In this document: piece after piece, positions 48,601-61,113 of the stretch
Position numbering within the stretch: the first letter of the stretch is position 1
How the letters are laid out: each line of letters starts with the position of its first letter
Source of the DNA: Tubulanus polymorphus
Taxonomy: Eukaryota > Animalia > Nemertea
NCBI RefSeq assembly: GCF_964204645.1
Contig: NC_134035.1
Span: 5,890,001-5,954,000, forward strand
Reading direction: 5' to 3'
DNA length: 64,000 nt
Notes under the pieces: model-generated
Database searches by the model: none
What the model saw: only the letters and a program-made list of their open reading frames with translations
Told to the model about the DNA's origin: nothing
Made by a program: the position numbers and the translations under genes

Positions 48601-51290
48601 GATAATTATCATTATGCTCGAATAAACCCCGATCGCTGATTTTGATCCATACGCTTTGATATTTCGATTATCTACAGCAGTTGAATTCTATAGGGAGTAT
48701 TTACGGTGAACCGCGCGCGTCGTTTCAGCTCTCGGAAATACAAATATTCACGTTTTATCATCACTGCAGAGGTATAGAGAGCTTTGTATAGAATTTGTGC
48801 TTGTATAAGTGTCGCAATCACAAAATCAATCGCAGGCATTTGTAATTTATATATGAGAATAGATTTGAATAGAAAATTCTAGAAAGAATTGCGTTGAAAT
48901 AATCTTCTGCCGATGGAAATTATTTTTGTTAGCTGGAACCGTACATTTTGAAAACAGTACATTTGGAAAAAAATCTGTGTTGATGACAACATATTAGAAA
49001 TTATTCTCAAACGGCCAATCGGCAACTGATGAAACTTTTATGCTTGGTTTACGTGATGTAAATCTCGTTGGTTTGTTACGTCGTGGACTCTGCATCGTTT
49101 TAGAGTCCATGATTATGTTTGACACACAGGTGGTCATCGTGCATCACTCATTGCGATGATTCGATCCATATTGTTTAAACCCGTGTGTGACATTAGTATC
49201 GCGAAGATAGAGAAAACTGTTGTTAGCAACGATTTGGACAACCGTTGTATCTAGTATCAATATCACCAGCTATCGATTTATACATGACAAATACTCGTAT
49301 TAAATCATTTAGGAGTCGAAACCCGTACATCAACTAGATCAACAGTAAGTAACTATGCGGTTAGATACAGATCGGCTGCTCAGCTTCAACCGACTGACGA
49401 CAAAGATCATTGTTTCATCATAAATTTGAAATATCTTCGGGAAACACTGATGTGACGTATGTATTGATATCTAATTGACATCCGACTTTATAACCCGATA
49501 TTCCATTCGATAATCCTATGATAAAATGATATCAATAATGAGCAGAGACAATATGTTTATTGTCTCTCGCTGGAGCCTTGATAAGAACAGTAAAAAAATG
49601 TCATTCGACTATATTTCGATTTCGATTTCCAATTTCGAAATCATACCCCCCCCCTCTTGTTTTTCTTATCTTAAAGTAGGAATTGGCGGTGTTAGGGTAT
49701 TCATTTGATATAGTTGAACGAAGAATGAAACAAAGTATGTTGCCATTCGAGCCTCCTGTCGCGTTGATCTATTAATAATGACCCATTAATATGTTTAGGA
49801 CACCTAACATACGGTTATGAAACGAGATATGGCGTCACACACGTATACGTGCAATGTACGAAATCGCAATAAACATCAGACCTATAGGTTTGCCGACTGC
49901 GTTAGATAACCCCGGTATAAAAGCGCAAAATGAAGTCTTGTATTTTGCTTGACCAACCGGACACTGCCCCAGACATGTATACTATATTATACTATGTTAC
50001 TTATAGCTCTTATGTCTTCACTTAAGGTTGTAAATCTTCTAGGTATATACGTGTTTATGGGCTCAATCTAAATATGAATAGCGTATGGACCGATACACTT
50101 CAGATTTTAAGTTTAAACAATTAAACACTTTAAGTATGTCGCAGGAGGCGCAGTGACCGAGTGGTTTACGCCGCCGGTCACTGGTCTCGTCAATCCAGGG
50201 TTTAAGTGTTCAAACCCTGGTGGCGACATAGTTTCTTGGTCGAAGGTTCTTCTCTGGCCTCTTTCCCGATGGGAAAAAGAAACATCGTACCCGCTTAGTC
50301 GCCGCGTTTAAATGAAAACCTGCGCGGTGAAACGAAATTCGAAGCGTTAAACTAAGAATTAGCGGTTTAAAAACGCTCGATATAAATTATACATCGATAT
50401 TTAAGTGTCGTAGTTGCTCAAATATTCGTTTAAATCATGGACTCCGAAACGAATTCGATTTAGAGACTATGTTTAAATTAACCGGCGGATAATGTTGGTA
50501 TTAAGAAAATTAAAAACAGTCAATTTCTATCACGTTTTCTATCCGCCGGTTATCTTTAACCAACCCCTGAACAATCTGGCCTCTGATCGGAAAGAATTAT
50601 ATCGGTTTTAATAAGTATAATATCAGCGCAGTAGGCAGTGTGTTTGTATGTTACTCTTAGCTGAAATTAGTGCACACACATTAATAAACTGTTATCTGAT
50701 AAAACGGTTTGAATTGACAACTGAAAAATTCCGCAAAATCCAAGATAATCGATCGTTAATCGGGACGAAAATGAATTACACCACGAATGATATACAAACA
50801 TATAGCGCAGCTTGTTGATAGATCAACACTTAGAACTTACTGATATAATCACTGATTGATAACAGTTAAGACATCGAAACGTTGAATGTCTCTTTTTTAC
50901 CGCTGCTATACGGACATAAAGTATACCGTTCTCTCAACTCAACGGTAATCTAACTGATTATTTTCTAGGGCTAAAAACTATAGATATTCTATTTCTACCA
51001 AGTAACAGTCCTGAAATTAGAATACATTTTCGACGATATTTGCGGCAACTTTGCCATCACAAAAGTCTCCATCGCAATCTAAGAGATATTCTAAGAGATA
51101 CTTATCCCGTCAAATCTACAGCCCTCAATCATTGATGATAGTTTCAATAAAGCTTTAATTGCTTACCGGTTTTTAGCGATTTAAACAGCTCCGATTTCTT
51201 AAGAAAGAACGGTATCAGTGCATTTATTTCTCCGGTAGTTCGCGAAGAAGGCGGTTTATCTATAACCGAAACCACTTGATCGTACGACAT
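37517..51290 (-). CDS. Cyclic nucleotide-binding domain-containing protein (CNBD2-like), two CNB domains, about 650 aa
   Basis: Exons on -: 51290-51167, 45383-45296, 41663-41467, 40912-40603, 40059-39940, 39743-39592, 39491-38704, 37765-37635, 37553-37517, with consistent phases. Motifs LIKQGEKGDCFYIILSGKV, GKSFGELALINKDCVRNASIIA and IVKQGDPVVGLYFVLRG. The 3' end is uncertain: if the last intron is retained the stop is at 37589. Confidence 0.85.
37635..37765 (-). CDS. CNBD-like exon 8
   Basis: tatag|ETMKIAPGKKVVIRKRKP..DGEEDE; phase 0 matches. Confidence 0.7.
37924..38319. mobile_element. hAT-like MITE with CAGGGGCGGAT termini
   Basis: TIRs CAGGGGCGGATTTAG / CTAGATCCGCCCCTG; relatives at 9646-9865 and 59000-59281. 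Confidence 0.75.
38704..39491 (-). CDS. CNBD-like exon 7 (large)
   Basis: DMELSMELPTYMQTLHC..PQRGPLIDLFGPGTVFYRNR..LMRRFQKD; donor |gtacgt. Confidence 0.85.
39592..39743 (-). CDS. CNBD-like exon 6
   Basis: STKKKQ..EICVIGPREVI; |gtatca. Confidence 0.83.
39940..40059 (-). CDS. CNBD-like exon 5
   Basis: GQSKVIMDPTQHETQYPQYYP; |gtcagt. Confidence 0.82.
40322..40560. repeat. Degenerate tandem repeat of about 45 bp (acaactgtggaactggatcct..)
   Basis: About 5 units; related pieces at 11610-11770, 33950 and 39777. Confidence 0.75.
40603..40912 (-). CDS. CNBD-like exon 4 (phosphate-binding cassette)
   Basis: TGKSFGELALINKDCVRNASIIADE..IVKQGDPVVGLYFVL. Confidence 0.9.
41467..41663 (-). CDS. CNBD-like exon 3
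   Basis: FYIILSGKVAIYI plus acidic insert plus DRSKFGNYIAPL; |gtaggt. Confidence 0.87.
45296..45383 (-). CDS. CNBD-like exon 2
   Basis: ILIDIIRNC..LIKQGEKGD; cag|..|gtaagt. Confidence 0.87.
47606..47654 (-). ncRNA. Degenerate hammerhead motif
   Basis: CUGAAGA U GAGG..CCUC GAAAC UGUG; cleavage triplet is GUG; shares the ugugggUUUU tail. Confidence 0.45.
50147..50318 (+). mobile_element. tRNA-derived SINE
   Basis: A-box-like GTGACCGAGTGGTT and B-box-like GTTCAAACCC; no closed acceptor stem. Confidence 0.55.
51167..51290 (-). CDS. CNBD-like first coding exon
   Basis: MSYDQVVSVIDKPPSSRTTGEINALIPFFLKKSELFKSLKT; donor G|gtaagc. Confidence 0.8.
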
Positions 51291-53450
51291 TGTCGTTGAT
51301 GTTTTTCACTTGACAGTTTTATCTAACGCGTTTGAGTTGAAATATATTCCAAAGTTTCCGAGTTCAGTAACTGACGTTGGTCTGACTGAGAAACGCTTCC
51401 ATAACGCGCCGCCGATGTTTGGTCTCCGCACGCGCTCGGTACACGAGTGTCACTGTTACTGTGTGTACAAACAGCACTCGCGCGCGCTAATGTCGTCTGG
51501 CAAAGAAAACGCTTCGATTCTTCGACCGTGTACACTCACTTCGATATAAATCATAATTCCTCGACGAGCGAATTGTCTTGGTCGATTTTGTCTTTGAGGT
51601 CCCCCGTTACGTTTTTCGCACAAAAGTAAAACTCGTATTCATACGTAAGAGTCCCACAATATCGACGAAAGTAAAACGTGCAGAAGACCTGCGATATGAA
51701 GGTTTAACTAAAGAAATCTTTTTCAGATATTTTTTTGACATTTCGGATTGATAACTTCTATATCCATTCCAGCGATTCATTTTTGAAGATAGATATAGAA
51801 GTGAATCTTTCCAAAATGTTAGTGAAACAGATTTTCTAGATCGCGGATATTTTCTACACACTTCTCGTGGACTGCTGAAATAGATTTCGTCAAATTCGTA
51901 TATTCACGTCATGTTCGCATGAAAGTTCGCCGTGAAGTCTTTGTGAAGCCAATATATTCCACCAACAACCAACGTCAGATGGAATCGTTCAAACTTAGCT
52001 ATTTAGAAATAAAGAAACAGTAACTAATGACTAATTAATTTTCGATCTCGAAATTTTGAATTTCCTTCTTATTAATTTGAATGATTGATTCGATTTATAT
52101 ACTTGTTTTTGCGTCTCTTACAAACCCAGTAGTCACACCTACCGAGAACGAAACAGAGGCTTCGATTTTGAAAATAGTTTGGCGATCTAATTCACAGAAC
52201 ACGCATTCGCCATTGCGTAAATAGCATCGCTTAAAAACGACTGTAAGACGCGATCAACAATCAACACGTTCAACGACTTTCATTTATGTGAAATGACAAA
52301 TACGTAGTGAACATTACAAATAACAATGAGCTAAGTCTATTTTGACCTCGAATACATGTTACCATCAGTTACTGAAACCAGTCCGGCAAATACGTAAATG
52401 ATCCCGCTCACATACTCCTAGTTTTGGAGCTCAATTCCTGAAGAAACGGTAATGAAAAGTTAACACGACGAGGCTGTGACTGTTGAGTCGACGTAAAACG
52501 GTACAAGTGACTGGTCCGGTGATGAATGAGATATCAATTGAGAGGTTGAATGATGATAGATTATCAGAGCGCTGCTCATGTGCCCCCTCCCCCTAGTCGT
52601 GATAACTGAGCGTCAGATAATAAATATTTCACAAACAAATAAAACGTCCTTTTTGTGATATTTTTCGCAGTCAATTATCACGCAATCTGTCACAGCCAGG
52701 GTCGACTGGCGAAGACAACTAGATTAGATTATATTTTTCTAAGGAAATGCCCAGTGACAGGTTCCGTCACAGATTTACTTATCTATAGCAGCTACAAGAG
52801 TTGTGAACTCATGATTCACTGATAAAGCTCTCTCTGTCAGAGACCAATCAGTCATCGAACGCCTGCCCGGAAAATGAGAGACAAAAACAGTTTTATCGCC
52901 AGATATGATGGATTCTTGCCACTTCAAGTTCCAGGCCCGTTTCGGTCGTGGTGTGCGACATATACACGATGCCTCTGGGCACATCGTCACGGAGAGACAA
53001 GCTGTAAATCTACAAGACTTCGTTGGGCTTCGTGAATAAAAGAAAATTGTTTGCGGAAATTTAAGGGTTTCCGTTATCAAGAAGCATTCGACTAATCTTA
53101 GTAGAAAGCGATTTTTGTTTTTCATGATTTTCGCTTTTGATTACCTGAATGGGTGTATGATTGTCTGAATGGGTGTTTGATTGTCCTGACTAGTATATAG
53201 TTGGCTGAATGAGTGTTTGATTGTCATAACTAGTATATGATTGTCTGGAAGGCTGTATGATTGTCTGAATGAGTATTTGATTGTCAGAATAAGTATATGA
53301 TTGACTGAATGAGTGTTTGCTTGTCAGAATGAGTGGACGATTGTACGAATGGGTGTACGATTGTCTGAATGGGTTTGAATGTCCCAATCTGTGTTTGATT
53401 GTCCGAATCGGTGTACAATTGTCAGAATGGGTGTACAATGGTCAGAATGG

Positions 53451-53612
53451 TACGATAACCACACTCAAACGCGGTGAACAGATAATAAGATAAAAACCCA
53501 CTATTTAGAAATTAATAGAAATCTAAAATCGAGAATTCATTTATTGAAACAATCTAAAATATAAGAACACGACGTTTCGATCTCACACTAGAGATCATCG
53601 TCAGGTGTGGTC
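53451..53612 (-). mobile_element. Penelope-like terminal-repeat fragment carrying the hammerhead, inserted into a 20-bp satellite; second copy at 47203-47330 (+)
   Basis: Near-identical tail tagtgggtttttatcttattat..gtttgagtgtggttatcgt in both copies. Confidence 0.6.
53567..53608 (-). ncRNA. Minimal type-I hammerhead ribozyme motif (Penelope-like-element type), intact core
   Basis: RNA: ACAC CUGACGA U GAUCUC uagugu GAGAUC GAAAC GUC GUGU; stems I and II pair. Confidence 0.75.
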
Positions 53613-54199
53613 AATATGAATGGATGTATGATTGTCAGAATGGGTGTATGATTGTCTGAATGGGTGTCTGATTGTCAGAATGGGTGTCTGATTGTCAGAA
53701 TGGGTATAACGGCTTGTCGCATATACACGGATAAACTTTCTCACTATTCCCAGCGCCCGGCACGTCACACGTCAGCATGATGTCATACAGGCGTGATAGG
53801 GAATTTTTCGCGTGGCAGGCCGGCCGCGAACAATTTATCACACGGTTGAATAATATCGACATCGATCTGCCCCGGGGACACACGCGAGTGAAATCAGTAT
53901 CATCTCGAACCGTCAGATTACTGGCACCGATCGATACTCGTATTGTGTAAGATATGTGTTCAAACGGAAATGAATTGTTCGCCTCGATGGACATGTATTT
54001 ATTACGAGGTGACAAATCTGATAAAATTCCAACACGCGATATATCAGAATCACCGCCACCAACACCAGCCATTTACCATCCACCCAACCATCACCATAAC
54101 CACCTCCCCATTGGCCTTTACAAAATCAGGGAGATGTTTTTTGCTGAGCTCCCTGCAGAGATATTGGTATCCTCCATGATGAAAAATCCATGAACTCAT

Positions 54200-54468
54200 C
54201 GAATTCAGCTTCCGCAAATGATAGCCGTCTCAGTGAGACCCATGACGTCATCAAATTCTCTTGTGATTTTAACTTCCGGAAATAAGAGCATCTATGACGT
54301 AAGATCGCCATCACATATATTCAAAGTGTTAGGTTGAAGATGGAGGCTTTTAACGTTTGCTTTTACTTTGCTTTTTTGTTACGTGACCGACACCATATTG
54401 ACGGTTCCGAGTTCGGGCCTTCCGCGTGCGAAGTGGACGCTCTACACCGCTGAGCCACGGCTCTCTCC
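54200..54468 (-). mobile_element. tRNA(Ala)-derived SINE
   Basis: Head GAGCCGTGGCTCAGCGGTGTAGAGCGTCCACTTCGCACGCGGAAGGCCC with a degenerate T-arm; 3' extent approximate. Confidence 0.55.
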
Positions 54469-55148
54469 CCGAACAGACCATGGATGGATATTGCCCTCTG
54501 GGAACAGTTGTCCAAAAGTTGGCTAAAGATGTTATTAACTCAAACACCTTTAAGCAAATTGTCCCAGAGCTACAGGTCAATCCATCCATGGACCATAAAA
54601 TACGAATAATCCATGATCTATCGCGGCGCTAAATGTATTCACTAAGAACCTTAGTGTCTGATGTGCCACAGATGGGTCCACTTTCATCAAGAATCTTAGT
54701 GTCTGATGTACCTCAGACTCGTGGGTCCACTAGGATCGTAGAGTGACGGAGGTCACTGTGGAAACAGATACTTCCAGGACTGGGTGAAGAAATGGAAGCT
54801 CTGGTCTGTCCGTTATGTACAATGGAAACTACCAGAACAATAAACACACTAGTCACTATGATGATCGAAACGAATCGAATCGACTGTTTAGTTTCTGGGT
54901 AGAAAACGTGACCGGGGCGCGAAATGTTGCAAAAAGCCGATATGAAAGTGCGGTTGTAATGTGGTGTGTGAGCTGGACGACGCTGTGTTGATCCTGTATG
55001 TGTTGTTTGTCTCACGAAACGTTTACAAGCTCATATTGATGTTCTGACTGGACTGTACAAGATTCATCTGTAAAGTTCTGTGTTTGTCGTACGCGACCTT
55101 CTTAGCTTTTTTTGCACAAAGATGCACCGTAACTTCTGAGTGTTTTCT

Positions 55149-55256
<108 letters not shown>

Positions 55257-58200
55257 CATCAGTTTCATTCTTTGTTGAAGAGTCAGTCTTAAGAGGTGCT
55301 TGGTTGATTCTTCTTCCCAACATTTTGGATACACTAACCCGCTAATGCCATCGAGTATACCATTCGGTTGAGGGATTTAAACATTTCTATTCGGGCCTTG
55401 ATTTACATCGGCTTTTATCGAAAAGTTTCAAACAACGAAAGTCAATCGATAAAAAATACGTACCGTATTTTTAGTTATCATCGAGTTATGTATATATGTA
55501 TACAATTATATCACCTTCGTAGAATCATCATTGAACAAATCCCACTGAAAAATCGACGTGAGAAATATTCGGGAAACTCCGCTGTGTTCGCAACGCAGCC
55601 GCGCTCTCTCCCTGGATAAAACATTATATCGGTCAAGGTTATTCGGTACTATGAACCAAGGACGAAAGGATGAAAATTACCAGCGGATAAGTCTGAATTG
55701 AGCTATACCGATGACATCACTAGCTTACCGATGTCTCATCGTTATTACTGTCCGTTGTGGTTTTCTTCAGTGATCGGAAATTCCGCTATATTATCTGCAC
55801 TCGACTTATCATTCTCGTACGGACATCTTATTCGACACCGATCAAAGTCCATTGTCCGCGTTATTAGAATAACCATTAGTTGATTATACGGGCCGGTAGC
55901 TGTCGGGCATCGTTGACAAAACAAGCTCCGATTTCCTTTTTGATGTACATTTCTTATTCTAGACACCATGATGAATATGCGCGTTATAATGACGATGACT
56001 CTTATGTACCGTTCTGAATGTATCATCATTAATGGTCATCGGTCCAGCGCGATATGGATACCTTAGCCACCATCGTACGGATATTTGGCCCGGGCCAAAG
56101 GGTGGATTCAAATTTAGCACGTACTTGATTAGAGCGCGTTCACACTTAAATCAGGCACGCGTTATTGCAGTTGTCATAGATGCTCTCGAGACGACACTCA
56201 AATTTTCGGGAGAATAGGGAGGGAAAAACTGAGAAGAGAGTTTTCGGGAGTGAGTTTGCAAGAGAGACAATGAGAGGGAGATTGTGAGGGAGTGAAAGAG
56301 TAGAGTTTGCGGAAGAGAGAGAGAGTTTGCGGGAGAGAAAGTAAGAGTTTGCGAAAGAGACAACGAGAGGGGAAATAGTGAAAGAGAAGGGGGAGAGAGG
56401 GAGCGAGAATGAGACAGTGATAGTTAAAACAAAACGCAGGTGTGAATTTAAATCCGCTGATCAATTCACATCATGTTCCTCGGCGGAGTAAAATGTAAAT
56501 CAATCACCCGTAAACTGATTTAATCTGTACCGGATAAAACTGTGCGCAGGCGGCACTGTGCGAGTGTTTCAATACTGATACTCCGAGCGCCCCGCTCAAA
56601 ACGAATTCACTTGTTAAACATCACGCTTCGTTGTACCCATTATATTCAGGCATTTTTTGAATAACTCGAATAACATGTCTGATCCGACGAGGAAACTGTT
56701 TTGATTGAATATGAAAGAAAAATAACTCGGATGACATGTCGAACCCGACGGTGAAATCCTGTTCGCAACTTGTCCCCTCTTTCCTGGAAATGATTGAAAA
56801 TTCTGTCATCCGAATTATTCGAAAAGCCTTAATAAACTAACCGCGGCTAACATGGAATGTGTCCATGTTTCTATCAACTCGCGTGGAACCGAGTGTTCTG
56901 AGTTGAAATCCCCGCGATAGTTCTCACAGCCTAAAAAACGTATTAGGCAACAACTTTCGATTGAATGCGTTCGGGTTTAGGAATATCAATTCGCGGATAA
57001 CAAACCCTCTACCGGCCGCTTATAATCAGGTTTACAAATGTAGCTATATTACCGGAATAGGTTTTAGAGCGTACGTATATTTTGGTCGAATATTTTGGCC
57101 TTTTGATATTGAAGAGAATTCCAGAATCGGTAGAGACCAATCAAAGCCTACCAAACTCTCTACCGGCTGCTTCTATCGGGTTTACAGATTCCGGATGAGA
57201 ACGCTTATTCCGATCGAAACGAACCAGAAGAGAATCCAAAATCGGTAGAAACCAATCAAAATCTGCCTAAAGGAATCTTGACGTCCTCGCTATTTTTCCA
57301 TTTTCACATATATACATATACATGCCCTTTACGTATGAATTTTTCTGATTTGATTTCGATATGATGAAGATTTACGCGAGATACTTCTGTAGTGTAATAC
57401 ATTGTCAATTACCCAGTCTATCAGAATACTTTATAGAAAATCTGATCGTTGATGCAACCGCTCCAGGGAGGGAGGGACTGGTTTAATTTCCTTCTCCACT
57501 CGTCGTTGAAGCGAATTCTTATTTTTATCGTTGTAGCCTGTGCAAAACCTCCCTGCGCGTATGTTTAGTGTGTAGGATGAAATTTGAAAAATGGCCACGC
57601 ATATAGACAAAAAAATATTCATTTTTATTGTCTGAATAGGGGTAGAGATGTGAAGTAACATTATAGCTAGTAATAGTTTCGAGGCTTCTTAGCTTTTCTG
57701 CCATAAAGCAGATAGCAAAAAGTAGTTTTATATTGTATATGCGATTGGCTAAATGAAAAAATGATATTCTGAGCGAAATGTTTTATGGTTAACTTCTGAA
57801 AGGGCGGGTTCGTTCGACAAAAGTCATCAAAAGTATTTTATAATTCGTCCCTGTTCAGGACTCAGTTCTCAAAAGTTGGTTAGAGTTAACCGGTGGGTGA
57901 TATAGTGAAAATTAGAATACCATCGACCCGACAGTTATCCTTAACCAATTTCTTAGCAACACTGACCTGACTGGGGCCAGTTGCTTAAAAGTTTAGAGTT
58001 AACCAGTGGATAGTTGACATAGTGACAATTCAAGACAAGTTCAGTGTTACTAAGGTATTCATTCGTCGGTTAACTTTAAACCAGCCCTTGAGCAACTAGT
58101 CCCTGGATTGTAAATTCTGATAATTCCTGTCATAACGCTTCATTCCTAATGACAATTCAGACTGAGTGTCGTTTGGCGGTAATAGCTGGAGAGTGTGGCT

Positions 58201-61113
58201 TGCATTTTAAAGCTATTATCGTTTGGAAGTAAAAATGCACCCGATCGGGACTCAAATCACGTTCGCGGAGCAGCAACGTGTCCGACAAAAACCGAATCGA
58301 AATTAATTCCCGTTGAGAAGCGTTCAAACGGGAGATAACAGTTTTCCTGATGGCTATGTTGCCCTCGCTTTGAGCGATCGAGATCAAGAGACACTGTAGC
58401 CACGCAGCGGGAAACATCCTCCCTGATTTAATTCTAACAGCTCGGATTAATTTCCCTTTTTTGACGGTAACTCAATTCGCTTATCAGCGACTAACTCGAA
58501 CGGCAATTCCTCCTGCCCTTTCAGTTACTATATCACATCTGATTAAAAAACCCGATAAAACTTCTTCTCTAGTGAGATGATTTGAAACTTAATGAATAAA
58601 TTCATGTTTTGTTGACAACCGATACGCAGCTAGCTTTAATTGGATTCTTGTCTAGATTCGGGAAATCTCTGCCTCCCGACGATATGAACATTTAATTTCG
58701 CGGCCGCTTATTTTTAAGCCTTCGTCTACGACGAAGATGGTATCATATGGAAGACGAAGCCGCGTGAAATCACAAGTCATTTAATTTATTTACTTGAGGA
58801 GCGGTAAATGCCATTTTCAAAGTCTTCTTTTGCGCCATGCTCGATCAGTTCAGAGACAGTCCCATGCATTACATATATGATTCTGGTCCGGCTTCGTCGT
58901 CCAATAATAAAACATACATATATGCATGTATACTTTGTTCGTTTCCTGCTGTTGCAAGATTTATGACTCGGCAGAAACTTACCACGAAAGGTCTATAACC
59001 AGGAGCCGATCCAGGAGTTTTTAATAGGGCCCAGCTAGAAAATCCGAGGCCTTTACACGTACTCAGTACATGAACGCGAGCGCCGTAAAGTCCGGATAAG
59101 GGGATTTAAGGGTCCCCAAGAAACTTTTGAAAACATTGATCATTTCTGAGTATCTAAATTGATTCTAGAACAAAATGACCGGCAATATGTGTAAGCAAGG
59201 TTGTGAAAATGTTATCTTGAAAACAAAAATTGGGGATGGGGGTAATCCCGGGTGGCTTAGCCCCCATTGGATCCGCCCCTGAAACATAGGATATCAACAG
59301 TAAAGTATATCTGTTTCTTTCAGACCAGACCATGTGCAAAATAATCTTTACACTTTACTAAGACTTTACCCGATTTGAATGAATTCAAAAAGGCTCCTAA
59401 AAACATACAGTTATCGATTATTTTAAAGCATCGAATCTGTGGAATTGGCGATATATAAATAGTATTTAGTCAGCGTCACCATTGCTATATGTATCATATT
59501 TGTTGAACATTTTGTCGAACATTAGATTATTCAACATCTAGTTTTGACACGTACATTCGGCGAATTTTTGTCAGCTGTAGGATCCAGTTAGAACGTCCAT
59601 TCTGGTATCACCTCCGATGTTAGGTTCTGTATCCCTGGATTTTGGCGAACAAGTGCGTAAAAAGCGCCTCGATCGCGTAAAAAACTGACAAACCGTAAAA
59701 ATAAATAATCGTGTAAGTTCTCGCTATTTTCTGATGCGATTAATCTCGCTTTTCGAAGCGTCATTTCGCGAAATTTCTAGCACTTCAGAAAATGAGTTGA
59801 ACGTGTTATGGGGAACGGTATGTTTACGGTAGATATCGGTGCAGCAGCTGCGGCGGCGGCAGATACGGTTTAAACTGTAATCTGTTTTGGTGTGTAATCG
59901 CTGCCGAGTGGCGGTGTGTGTCACTGTGAAAAATGATTACTTGATGACAAAATGTTTATCATTGCTCCGGCAATTCGGGAAGCGATAGTCGGTTGATTTA
60001 TAACTTTGGCCTCTGTATTCCATTTCATCTTCCCGTCGTCGTTCCTTCTTCGCGTTTAGTTTTTACCTCATTACATTTTTACCCCGTATACATCATCGCT
60101 GACTATAACGTGTTTACCTAAAACGACGAGTGCGACTGAAGATAGAAAATGCGTCGAAGCATTTTATCTCGTATAGGTAATCTACCTCTCTCAGCTAGTC
60201 CGTTACGAGCGTGCTGAGGCGTCGGTTGGTGACCATCTGGGGCAAATTGAAATCTAACGAACATTTTATTGTAGAGAACTTTAATCTTATTTTTTGGAAA
60301 TTTGGAATAAAGGTCTCAAGTCCCCGCAGGCGTCAATCTTCACACTTGGCACACCCCTAAAATTAGGATCAGTCGGTTTATTGTATGATAAGTAAGTATC
60401 TTTGATAATCAAAACATATTCGTTGCAAGGCTTTATTTAGATTGCGTGGACTTTGAAATGTCGTTGTGCATTTTTTATCACAATGGGATTTGAAAGTTTC
60501 AGTATTTAGCAGTTCGACTTAACATCAGTGTATAGTATATAGTTTTGTTCGAATGATTTTCAGCTCGTTTCCTTACAAACTGGACAAAGCGCTAGACTTA
60601 GTTCTGCCGCCGCCACCGCCGCTGCTGCTGCTGCTGCTAACTACGATACCGATATTATCAGCAGTATTTAACATGATCCCCTCAGAGAATCAACACTAAT
60701 CCATTAATGGATGAATATAAGGTCGCAAAAACTGATGCTTGTAAAACGGCTGATTACAGATATCAAGCGAAACTTATCGATCTATATTGTTACTGGGCGA
60801 TTGAGAGGAAGACAGAGATGATTAAAGCAGATAGAGGGGAGAGAAGGGGAGAGACAGAAGAATAGGCAGGGGGAGCGGAGGAGAGACAGAGGGAGAGGTA
60901 GAGGAAGAGGGAGAAACAAATTTAGAGGAGAGAGGGGGAGAAGGAGGAGAGACAGCAAAGGGAGGGGAGTGAGGGAGAGACGAAACAGAGAAATACAGAA
61001 AGTTGAAATATTTTGAATCCGTCGACTCGAACTGACAGTAGAAAGTCAACGATGCAGATTGTGAATCGCAATGTAAAATTCAAAATATGTAGAGTAATCA
61101 GAGATAACAACCT

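Larger units (their letters stand above)
53139..53705. repeat. 20-bp degenerate minisatellite, interrupted at about 53451-53615
   Basis: Unit tgattgtctgaatgggtgta. Confidence 0.9.

Noticed and set aside
50147-54468. Genuine tRNA genes at 50147 and 54465 (also 41795)
   Set aside because: No complete cloverleaf or acceptor stem; these are SINE heads.
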